Source: an uncultured Chloroflexia bacterium
GTDB lineage: Bacteria; Chloroflexota; Chloroflexia; QHBQ01; JADMIH01
DNA length: 64,000 nucleotides
Assembly: GCA_963797095.1 (NCBI GenBank)
Contig: CAWCNY010000006.1
Span: forward strand, 832,001 to 896,000
Reading direction: 5' to 3'
The translations under genes were made by a program, and so were the position numbers. Below the pieces are notes generated by a model. It had not been told where the DNA came from and ran no database searches. It saw nothing but the letters and a program-made list of their open reading frames with translations. The stretch's first letter is position 1. Each line of letters starts with the position of its first letter. Below, one piece after another: positions 10,880-18,871 of this stretch.

Positions 10880-11608
10880 ATGTTTTTTGACATCAGATAT
10901 CTGCTATTCGTACTTTTGCCCACGATGGCGCTGGCGGCGTTTGCCCAGTGGTGGGTCCGTAGCGCATTTCAGCAGGCTTCGCAAATACCAAACAGACAAA
11001 GATTAACCGGGGCCCAGGCCGCCCGCTCTATCCTCGACCATGCCGGCCTCACATACGTACCCATCCAGCCGACGCAATCGGCGGCCGTGAGGCAAGCTAT
11101 GGGTTCAACTGCCAGCCTTGACGACCACTACGACCCACGCGACAAGACACTCCACCTGTCGGGTGCCGTCTATGGCAGCGCGTCGATTGCCGCAGTTGCG
11201 GTGGCGGCGCACGAGGCAGGCCACGCAGTACAGGACGCGCAGGGCTACGCGCCGATGCGTCTGCGAGCAGCCATAGTGCCTGCCGCCAATATCGGCTCGA
11301 ACCTGGGCATCTTTATAGTGATCATCGGCGTAATCATGGGATCGATACAGCTCGCGTGGCTCGGTATCGGCGCGTTCTCGCTTGGCGTAATATTCGCCCT
11401 CCTCACCCTCCCGGTCGAGTTGAACGCCAGCTCGCGGGCACTGCAACTCCTTACCACCACGGGCATCGTAGACCAGGCCGAGATGCCCCAGGCCAAAGCA
11501 GTTTTGCGTGCGGCAGCTTTCACCTATGTAGCCGGTCTCGCCGCAGCCGTGCTCAACCTTCTCTACTGGGTTATGCTGGTGTCGGGAATGGGCGGACGCC
11601 GCAGGTAA
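10880..11608 (+). CDS. Membrane zinc metallopeptidase (YugP / Zn_peptidase_2 family)
   Basis: LDDHYDP, VAAHEAGHAVQ, TLPVELNASSRA, VLRAAAFTYVA. Confidence 0.93.
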   Translation: MFFDIRYLLFVLLPTMALAAFAQWWVRSAFQQASQIPNRQRLTGAQAARSILDHAGLTYVPIQPTQSAAVRQAMGSTASLDDHYDPRDKTLHLSGAVYGSASIAAVAVAAHEAGHAVQDAQGYAPMRLRAAIVPAANIGSNLGIFIVIIGVIMGSIQLAWLGIGAFSLGVIFALLTLPVELNASSRALQLLTTTGIVDQAEMPQAKAVLRAAAFTYVAGLAAAVLNLLYWVMLVSGMGGRRR

Positions 11609-11650
11609 CACAGGTTCGGCATTATGTTTGCAGAACTACACCCTGGTTCT

Positions 11651-11689
11651 AATAGAGAAATTGGCGGCGAAGCCGCCAATTTCTCTATT
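11651..11689. repeat. REP-like palindrome / possible terminator
   Basis: AATAGAGAAATTGGCGGC-GAA-GCCGCCAATTTCTCTATT; related to the palindrome at 16071-16120. Confidence 0.85.
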
Positions 11690-11760
11690 TTCGAGTAAAA
11701 TAGCGTAGGCACACATATTGCTCCACACCCGGTATTACCCCTGCAGGAGGGACAAATCGT

Positions 11761-13392
11761 ATGGACACCACATATAACGAGTTTGAAGGCACTGAGCTTG
11801 ATCCTTCAGTCGATTATGACTGGGAGGAAGACGAAGGCAACGATCTTTTGCCCATAATCGGTGCGTCGGCGGCGGTAGCTGCCGTAGCCGGAGGTTTGCT
11901 GGTGCTGGCCGGTCGCAAGCACAACCCTACTCCTCAGGAGCGAGTTGAGAAGGTGGTCGAGGAGGTACAAAAGCGCGGAAAGAAAGGCGCTAAAGCCGTG
12001 GCGCAGGCTGTCGAGGACGCCCAACTGGGAGAGCTTCTTTCCCAGGCAGTAGACAAAGCCCGCGACCTGTCAGGCTCTGCCGCCGAGGCGGTACAGGACG
12101 GCAAACTGGCGGGCCTCCTTGATGATGCCCTCGCGCAGACCCGCAAAGCTGTCAATCGCCTCGATATCGCCGACACTGTAGGAGAAACTGCTGCCGATGT
12201 CCGTAAGGACCTGGGTAAACGCGTCAAGAAGGCACGACACGCCATCTCCCGGATCGACGTGGGCGAGACAGTGAGTGTTACACGCAAGCGGGCCGAAGAC
12301 ATAGCTGGCAACTTACGCGACCTCGATGTGAACCGCGAGAGCGCGGTGAGCCTGCTTGACGCCCTCAAAGAGAAGTTGCTGGAGGCAGTCGAAGCGGTGC
12401 GTGAAGACCTCGCGCCGAAAGCAGTCGATGCCGTCCAGCAGGCCGCCGAAACAGTAAGCACTACCGTTCGTGAGGATCTGCTTCCTGCCGCCCAGGACAC
12501 CGTCGAGCACGTTCGTGACGAGATTCTTCCCGCCGCGAGCGAGCGAGTCTCGCAAGTAGTGGAAGATACCGAGCTGGATAAGAAGGCGCGCCAGCTGGCA
12601 AGCGCGGCCAAATCGGGCGCGGGTTCATTTACCGACCTGCTTCAAAAATTAGCGCTGGCGGTCCTTCACAAAGTGATGGACGAGCTATTGCCGGAGGCGA
12701 AAAAGGCCGGCAAAAAAGCCGCCGGCACTGCCCGCGATGATGTCGCCCCCGCAGTGGCCCAGAAGGTGCGTGAAGATGTGATGCCCAAGATCGGGGACGC
12801 GGCTACCTTCGCCCGTCATCGCGCAGGTGAAATTGCTTCTCAGGCCCCCGATGTGCTTGGCGATCTGCTCAAGCTGGCGCGCGAGCGCGTCGATGATATC
12901 ATAAGCAAGACGGAGCCGGTTGCGTCCGAGGCTGTCGAGCAGGGTAAGGCACGGCTGGCCGACCTTGCCGGAAGCACTAAGAACGGCGCTAGCGGCGCTG
13001 CCGCACGTGCCGGAGATGCCGCCGAGTATGCACGCCATCGAGCCTCTGACGCTGCCACCTTCGCCCGCCACCGCGCCGACGACGTGACGAGCGGCATCAA
13101 GCAAGGCAAAGATAATGTGACTGGTGCGGTGTCCTCGGTTGGGCAAGGAGTCACAGGCGCGGTCGGTACCGCCGTCGGCGCGACCGCTTCGGCCACCCGC
13201 GAGTTGACAGGTATCCTCTTCTGGCTATCGATGCTTGGCGGTCTCGTCCTGCTGGTGTTCGTGCCTGACCGCGAGAAGCAGAAAGAGTTTTGGAATAGCA
13301 CCCTCCAGTTCATGGGCGAGCTAAGAGAGATGTGGCGCGACCTGCAAGGCTCCGATTTCGAGGAGCTTCCCGAAGCAGACAATGGAAAGTAG
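11761..13392 (+). CDS. Apolipoprotein/LEA-like amphipathic repeat protein with hydrophobic segments near both ends
   Basis: GGAGG RBS; Ala/Asp/Lys-rich helical body with 11-residue repeats (DAATFARHRA). Confidence 0.8.
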   Translation: MDTTYNEFEGTELDPSVDYDWEEDEGNDLLPIIGASAAVAAVAGGLLVLAGRKHNPTPQERVEKVVEEVQKRGKKGAKAVAQAVEDAQLGELLSQAVDKARDLSGSAAEAVQDGKLAGLLDDALAQTRKAVNRLDIADTVGETAADVRKDLGKRVKKARHAISRIDVGETVSVTRKRAEDIAGNLRDLDVNRESAVSLLDALKEKLLEAVEAVREDLAPKAVDAVQQAAETVSTTVREDLLPAAQDTVEHVRDEILPAASERVSQVVEDTELDKKARQLASAAKSGAGSFTDLLQKLALAVLHKVMDELLPEAKKAGKKAAGTARDDVAPAVAQKVREDVMPKIGDAATFARHRAGEIASQAPDVLGDLLKLARERVDDIISKTEPVASEAVEQGKARLADLAGSTKNGASGAAARAGDAAEYARHRASDAATFARHRADDVTSGIKQGKDNVTGAVSSVGQGVTGAVGTAVGATASATRELTGILFWLSMLGGLVLLVFVPDREKQKEFWNSTLQFMGELREMWRDLQGSDFEELPEADNGK

Positions 13393-13405
13393 TTTGAATG
13401 ACAAT

Positions 13406-13459
13406 GGACGAAAGACGATGGACGAAGGCATGAGCACCTTCGTCCATCGTCTTTCGTCC
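13406..13459. repeat. 23-bp perfect inverted repeat built from GACGAAR/GACGATG heptamers
   Basis: GGACGAAAGACGATGGACGAAGG ... CCTTCGTCCATCGTCTTTCGTCC. Confidence 0.85.
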
Positions 13460-13511
13460 TTCGTCCTATGTTATAATTCCATTGTGCAATATTGAACGAC
13501 CGGAGTAATTG

Positions 13512-14501
13512 ATGTTCAACTGGCTCAAACGTAAAGAGCAACCAAAAACAGAAGAAGAGATCAGAGAAGAGCAGGAGAAAGTCGAGGAAGGGCTAACACG
13601 CACGCGTCGTGGCCTCTTCCGCCAGGTAGTCTCCCTTTTCGAGGTGGACGAGATCACGGAGGACATCTGGGAGGATCTCGAAACCCTCCTCATCCAGGCC
13701 GATCTGGGCGTGGATACCACTGTAGCCCTCGTAGAGAGTCTGAAAGAACAGACGCGCATCGATCGTCTCAAGAAGCCCAGGGATGTATACGAGCTACTGC
13801 AAGATGCTCTGGTAGACATCCTCACCAAGCCCGAGCGCGACCTGCAAGCCCGCCAGTCGGCCAACGGCGCTCAAGCACCCCAGGAACCACGTCCCTATGT
13901 AGTGTTGGTTGTAGGCGTCAACGGCGTCGGCAAGACCACCACCATAGCCAAGCTGACCAAGTATTACCGCGACCGTGGGCGCAACGTCGTGATCGCCGCC
14001 GGAGATACCTTCCGAGCCGCCGCCATCGACCAGCTACAGATCTGGGCCGACCGCGTGGGCGCGCCTCTCATCCGCCACGAGCACGGAGCCGATCCCGGCG
14101 CTGTGGTCTTCGACGCTGTAGAGGCCGCCAAGGCCCGCAACGCCGACATCCTGATCATCGACACCGCGGGTCGCCTCCACACTAAAACAAACCTGATGGA
14201 AGAGCTACGCAAGGTGAAGAAGATCATCTCTACCCGCCTCCCCGGTGCGCCCGATGAGACCCTGCTCGTCCTCGATGCCACCACAGGCCAGAACGGCCTC
14301 CAACAGGCCAAAGTCTTCACCGAGGTGGCCGAGGTGACCGACGTAGCGGTAGCCAAGCTAGACGGCACGGCCAAAGGCGGCATAGTGTTCGCCATAGCCC
14401 GCGAGCTAAAACTACCTATACGCTACGTAGGCACCGGAGAGAAGATCACAGACCTCGCCGAGTTCGACGCACGTGGATTCGTGAAGGCGCTGTTCGCCTG
14501 A
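13512..14501 (+). CDS. ftsY: SRP receptor FtsY
   Basis: GVNGVGKTTTIAKL, DTFRAAAIDQL, DTAGRLHTKTNLMEEL, KLDGTAKGG. Confidence 0.98.
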   Translation: MFNWLKRKEQPKTEEEIREEQEKVEEGLTRTRRGLFRQVVSLFEVDEITEDIWEDLETLLIQADLGVDTTVALVESLKEQTRIDRLKKPRDVYELLQDALVDILTKPERDLQARQSANGAQAPQEPRPYVVLVVGVNGVGKTTTIAKLTKYYRDRGRNVVIAAGDTFRAAAIDQLQIWADRVGAPLIRHEHGADPGAVVFDAVEAAKARNADILIIDTAGRLHTKTNLMEELRKVKKIISTRLPGAPDETLLVLDATTGQNGLQQAKVFTEVAEVTDVAVAKLDGTAKGGIVFAIARELKLPIRYVGTGEKITDLAEFDARGFVKALFA

Positions 14502-14553
14502 TCTGATAGTTGGTACTGAAAATCCGACTACCGACTACACGGAGTATCCTTGA

Positions 14554-15927
14554 ATGTTCGAAAACCTGACAGATAGACTAAACGGAGCCTTCGCCCGCCT
14601 GAGCAGCAAAGGCCGCCTCGACGAAGCAGATATAGATGAGGCTATGAAAGAAGTACGTCGTGCCCTCCTTGAGGCCGACGTCAACTTCAAAGTGGTCAAG
14701 CAGTTCGTGGACAGAGTCAAAGAGCGCGCCATGGGCGCAGAAGTGCTCAAGAGCCTCACCCCCGCGCAGATGGTGGTCGGCATCGTCCACGACCAACTTG
14801 TAGAGCTATTAGGCGAAGCCTCCAAGCTCAACATGGCAAAGACCCCGCCCACGATCATCATGATGGTGGGCCTCCAGGGGTCCGGCAAGACCACCACCGC
14901 CGCCAAGTTGGCCCTCCAACTCCGCAAAGCGGGCCAGAACCCTCTACTGGTCGCCGCCGACGTATATCGCCCCGCAGCCGTCCACCAGTTGCAGCAACTG
15001 GGCAAGCAGCTAGGCGTGATCGTCTACTCCGAGCCTGCGGGCGCTAACCCTGTCAACATCGCCGTCAACGGTGTGCGGCAGGCGCAGGCACAAAGCCACA
15101 CCCCCGTTATCATAGACACTGCGGGCCGCCTCCACATCGACGAAGCCATGATGCAAGAGGTCGCCAACATCAAAGCACGTCTCAACCCCACGGAAGTGCT
15201 GCTCGTGGTGGATGCTATGACTGGCCAGGATGCCGTACGCGCCGCGTCTGAGTTCAATGAAAAGGTCGGGATCACCGGCCTCATCATGACCAAGATGGAC
15301 GGCGACACCCGTGGCGGCGCGGCCCTCTCGGTGCGCGAAGTAACGGGCGTGCCGATCAAGTTCATGGGCACAGGCGAGAAGCCCGACGCCCTCGAACCCT
15401 TCTATCCCGATCGCCTGGCCTCCCGCATCCTCGGCATGGGTGACGTGATGACCCTGGTCGAGCGCGCCCAGCAGGAGTTTGACGCCGACCAGGCCAGGGC
15501 GATGGAGAAGAAGCTACGCACCGCCACCTTCAATCTTGAGGATTTCCTCGGCCAGCTACAGTCGATCAAGAAACTGGGGCCACTTGAGCAGGTCCTGGGC
15601 ATGATCCCCGGCGTAGGACAGGCCATGCGCCAGCAGCAAGTCAACGTCAACGAAGACGACCTCAAGCACATTGAGGCCATAATCCGTTCCATGACCCCCC
15701 AGGAGCGCCACAACCCTGAGGTGATCAACAGCAGCCGCCGTCACCGCATCGCCAGAGGAAGCGGCACCACCACCCAGGATGTGAACGCCCTCCTGAAGCA
15801 GTTCAAAGAAATGCAAAAGATGATGAAGATGCTCACAGGGGGCGGCCCGAAGGGACCGGGCGGTATGCCGAAGGGCATGAAGGGAAAGATGCGAATGATG
15901 CGCAACGTGCGTGGCATGATGAAATAA
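14554..15927 (+). CDS. ffh: Signal recognition particle protein Ffh
   Basis: GLQGSGKTTT, DVYRPAA, DTAGR, RLASRILGMGD, Met-rich M domain. Confidence 0.98.
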   Translation: MFENLTDRLNGAFARLSSKGRLDEADIDEAMKEVRRALLEADVNFKVVKQFVDRVKERAMGAEVLKSLTPAQMVVGIVHDQLVELLGEASKLNMAKTPPTIIMMVGLQGSGKTTTAAKLALQLRKAGQNPLLVAADVYRPAAVHQLQQLGKQLGVIVYSEPAGANPVNIAVNGVRQAQAQSHTPVIIDTAGRLHIDEAMMQEVANIKARLNPTEVLLVVDAMTGQDAVRAASEFNEKVGITGLIMTKMDGDTRGGAALSVREVTGVPIKFMGTGEKPDALEPFYPDRLASRILGMGDVMTLVERAQQEFDADQARAMEKKLRTATFNLEDFLGQLQSIKKLGPLEQVLGMIPGVGQAMRQQQVNVNEDDLKHIEAIIRSMTPQERHNPEVINSSRRHRIARGSGTTTQDVNALLKQFKEMQKMMKMLTGGGPKGPGGMPKGMKGKMRMMRNVRGMMK

Positions 15928-16070
15928 CCCCGGCCTCAAAATCGATAACATGGCATGAAACATCCCGAATTTCCGATGAATACTCATGAACATACTATCC
16001 GGTTCTAAGAAGAGCAAAAACATGAAGCATCCCGAATTTTAGATCCAGCTATGCAGGCGTGCAATCTGGT

Positions 16071-16120
16071 TCTAAAAAGAGCGAAAATGGCGGCTAGCCG
16101 CCATTTTCGCTCTTTTTAGA
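16071..16120. repeat. Perfect 50-bp palindrome downstream of ffh
   Basis: TCTAAAAAGAGCGAAAATGGCGGCT|AGCCGCCATTTTCGCTCTTTTTAGA. Confidence 0.9.
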
Positions 16121-16161
16121 AAGCCCCCCATTTTTATGGGGAGGGGTTGGGGTGGGGCCTT
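16121..16161 (+). repeat. Dispersed G-tract repeat, copy 1
   Basis: AAGCCCC...GGGGAGGGGTTGGGGTGGGGCCTT; core identical at 35260-35283. Confidence 0.85.
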
Positions 16162-16294
16162 GGATCATCCTGATGCTGCCTTACACACGACCTCAAAATT
16201 CGGGGTGACTCAGGTCTTCATTCTATACCACACCCCACATCCCGCATTAAAACCTCTAATTTCGAGCTTCAAACTAAGAAAACGGTACATCCGA

Positions 16295-16345
16295 ACACCT
16301 CAAGAATGTCCAGATTTGTCTCACCATTGCCATTTAGTATATGAG
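16295..16345 (+). repeat. Conserved 52-bp intergenic motif, copy 1
   Basis: ACACCTCAAGAATGTCCAGATTTGTCTCACCATTGCCATTTAGTATATGAG; aligns with 35391-35442 (+) and 48093-48144 (-). Confidence 0.8.
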
Positions 16346-16476
16346 GGCAAGTCCAACCTACCTCCAAACAGCCTTACAAAAATCGAATCATCGACCGTAC
16401 TAAAGTATGCATTCCCATAACAAACGATACATAGTAGAACAGGAGAAAAACAGAGCACAAAACCTACAACGTCTCA

Positions 16477-17106
16477 TTACGTCATTGGCGCTTCATCTCG
16501 AATACTGGTGAGAGGGTGCTTACGCAACAGGTAAACCATCGCAACCAGCGACAGCAAGTGGACTCCCAGCGTAATCCACGATGCAACCGGAGCGCGGAAC
16601 GAATAGATGCTATCCCAGTCGCCGTAGAAATCGGGGTCAAGACTGAGCAGCGGGTATACCACAAGAGTTTGTACCAATTCAAGCACACCCAACTGGTATA
16701 GCACCAGCCGTAGTGTTGGCCTAATCTTCCACATAAGCGCGGCGGCCAACGAGATAATACCCAAGACATAGCTGACGAAATTGCCCGCAAGCGCCACATA
16801 CCAATCGAGCAGCGGACTATTCGATGCTGGCAGATATACTACATATCCCCAGTAGATGAAATAGTGGAGGCCAAGTACCTGGCTGCCGGTACTCCAGGCG
16901 GCCAGCATATGCCCGAGTTCGTGTAAGAGCACACCTATCGGGATGAGCAGGAAGAATGCTACTCCACCCGCAAGTTGCTGATTGCGCGCTGAAAGCCCGC
17001 CTGTCCAGAACTCGCGCCAGGAAGTAACCAATCGGTATAGAGTGAACGCCCCGGCAAGCAGGTAGATGACGGTAAATCCCGATAATGTGTCGCCTATGCC
17101 GCCCAA
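16477..17106 (-). CDS. M50-like intramembrane metalloprotease
   Basis: Multi-TM protein with LLHELGH, VALAG and a late GD motif. Confidence 0.8.
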   Translation of the reverse strand: MGGIGDTLSGFTVIYLLAGAFTLYRLVTSWREFWTGGLSARNQQLAGGVAFFLLIPIGVLLHELGHMLAAWSTGSQVLGLHYFIYWGYVVYLPASNSPLLDWYVALAGNFVSYVLGIISLAAALMWKIRPTLRLVLYQLGVLELVQTLVVYPLLSLDPDFYGDWDSIYSFRAPVASWITLGVHLLSLVAMVYLLRKHPLTSIRDEAPMT

Positions 17107-17109
17107 GCT

Positions 17110-17463
17110 CTATTTGTCGCTCTCAGGGATTACCACTTCATATACAAGTGTGCTGCTGGCCGATGAGAGCGGACCTGTACGTCTGGCTTCTCCTTCCCCT
17201 GCCGGGTGGCCTCCCGTCTGAGGGACCTGTGGCCGTCCGTGTCCATGAGCCTGCGCGTGTGCCTGGCTCGATGTCCAGTTGTCGAGGGCTTGCTGATTAG
17301 CCCACCGCGTAACCGACATATATTCGTGCTCGCCCTTGAGTAGCTCGAAACCCATGAAGCCGGGTTGGTCGTCCACCAGCCCTGCTCTGTTGCGAAATCG
17401 CTCGGCGATCCTCTCGCCTTCCTCTGCCGACCCCACCGGGATGCGGACCATCACTACTATCAT
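17110..17463 (-). CDS. ABM-domain monooxygenase (IsdG/HmoA-like)
   Basis: ERFRNRAGLVDDQPGFMGFELL, TRW...WTSSQAHAQAH. Confidence 0.85.
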   Translation of the reverse strand: MIVVMVRIPVGSAEEGERIAERFRNRAGLVDDQPGFMGFELLKGEHEYMSVTRWANQQALDNWTSSQAHAQAHGHGRPQVPQTGGHPAGEGEARRTGPLSSASSTLVYEVVIPESDK

Positions 17464-17594
17464 AATATGCCTCGTCTTTCCTCGTGCTATCAGGAAAATG
17501 CCTATCAAGTGATTATATCACGTAGCGCGATATGTGCTATATTTACATCACTTTTCGGGAGGTTCTCAGGGTATTGTGACGTTGAGGTAGCAGT

Positions 17595-17999
17595 ATGGTC
17601 GAGCATGAGGGCCGACAACTGTCCGTTGAAGACCCGCCAGCCAATCATACACACAAGGGGTCACGAACGGCATGGCGGGTTGCGCGTATAGGCTGCCTGG
17701 GGGTGCTCGTGCTCATGTGCGGCCTGGTCTCGGCCCTGACTATCGCTCTGCAATCCGGCCCCGCAAATATCGCCCTACCTTTCGACAACTACCTGAAAGT
17801 CGGCTCGGACGATTTCGTCCTCTCAGACTATTCGTTCCAGAACGGCACCACTTATTACCTCGATCTGAACGGCGGAGGAGTCCGCAACATCCTTCAAGTG
17901 GAGTACCTGGAAGACAAGCATGAATTGCAATTGGTGCTACACCACTCAGCCAGGGGCGACCGGGACGAAAATAAGCTACTGGAGATGAAGCTGCCTTGA
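17595..17999 (+). CDS. Hypothetical single-TM protein
   Basis: GAGG RBS, one hydrophobic helix, then a small beta-rich domain. Confidence 0.65.
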   Translation: MVEHEGRQLSVEDPPANHTHKGSRTAWRVARIGCLGVLVLMCGLVSALTIALQSGPANIALPFDNYLKVGSDDFVLSDYSFQNGTTYYLDLNGGGVRNILQVEYLEDKHELQLVLHHSARGDRDENKLLEMKLP

Positions 18000-18071
18000 C
18001 AGAGAAAGGAAGAAAGCAGCAAAAAGCAGCAGGTTAGGTTCACTCGTCACTCGTCTTCCTTCGGCTGTCTA

Positions 18072-18100
18072 TGCAACCCATCCACCTCAACTCACGTATA
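18072..18100 (+). promoter_or_regulatory. Putative ECF sigma promoter TGCAAC-N17-CGTATA
   Basis: Second copy of the motif at 10772. Confidence 0.55.
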
Positions 18101-18139
18101 TGGAAATGATAGTGAAACCTACAGGTTAGGGGGAGCAAT

Positions 18140-18706
18140 ATGGCTTATCAGAGAGAAACAAAAGTGGGCGTTGGCACTCCGCCCAATCGCGTGAACGGCA
18201 CTCTGCCCGGCGGGCCGCTCACAACTACGCAGGAGCCGGTTGATTACAGTAACGGAGGCTCTCAAGCATCCAAAGTGGCGGGCACGGTCCGCCCACGCAC
18301 CGCACTCGAGCGCATCGGATTCTGGGTGATCGCTATCGCTGCCCTGGTCGTATTGATCGTGTTGGCGGGCGTGATCCTGCCTCCTCTGGTGGGTGGCCTC
18401 ATTTCAGCCACCTACATATCGGCCTTCGTGGCATTCCTCACGCTTATGAATCTAAAAAGACCTTCCGGTTGGGCCAATGCGGTGCTTGGACGCCGCGTCT
18501 TCCCTGTCCTGCCTCCAGGACAGGATAGCGACGTGTGGAGGCTGGCAGGCGTAAACGCTGTGCTTGTGTTCCTCTTCTCGTTCTTCTATCAGGTGATTGC
18601 CGCCACTTTCATCGGCCCATTCCTGGCAGGCATTATAGTCTTCGGCGGCCTGGTAGGCCTGGGCATTTTCTATAACCGCGCCCGCAAAGTGGTCGTCAAG
18701 CCCTAG
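18140..18706 (+). CDS. Hypothetical 4-TM membrane protein
   Basis: GGGGAG RBS; four hydrophobic segments. Confidence 0.75.
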   Translation: MAYQRETKVGVGTPPNRVNGTLPGGPLTTTQEPVDYSNGGSQASKVAGTVRPRTALERIGFWVIAIAALVVLIVLAGVILPPLVGGLISATYISAFVAFLTLMNLKRPSGWANAVLGRRVFPVLPPGQDSDVWRLAGVNAVLVFLFSFFYQVIAATFIGPFLAGIIVFGGLVGLGIFYNRARKVVVKP

Positions 18707-18829
18707 TGCATGATCAGGGAAGCAATTCGGGAAAGGGGGTGCAGGGGGCTTGTCCCATGCCGGGGTGTGGGGTGTCCCCACTCTCTCATCCCTATTCCCT
18801 ATCGTCTTCCCTGAAGATGCACTAGGAGA

Positions 18830-18871
18830 TAGTTTGGTAGCCGAATAAGTGTCTATTCGGCTACCAAACTA
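18830..18871. terminator. 18-bp inverted repeat overlapping the recQ stop codon, between convergent genes
   Basis: TAGTTTGGTAGCCGAATA-N6-TATTCGGCTACCAAACTA. Confidence 0.65.

Noticed and set aside
15954-16087. CRISPR-like repeat-spacer pattern
   Set aside because: Only two imperfect units, one full repeat junction, and no cas genes; kept only as a duplication.
15928-16476. SRP RNA or tRNA downstream of ffh
   Set aside because: No SRP domain IV motif or cloverleaf recognised by eye.
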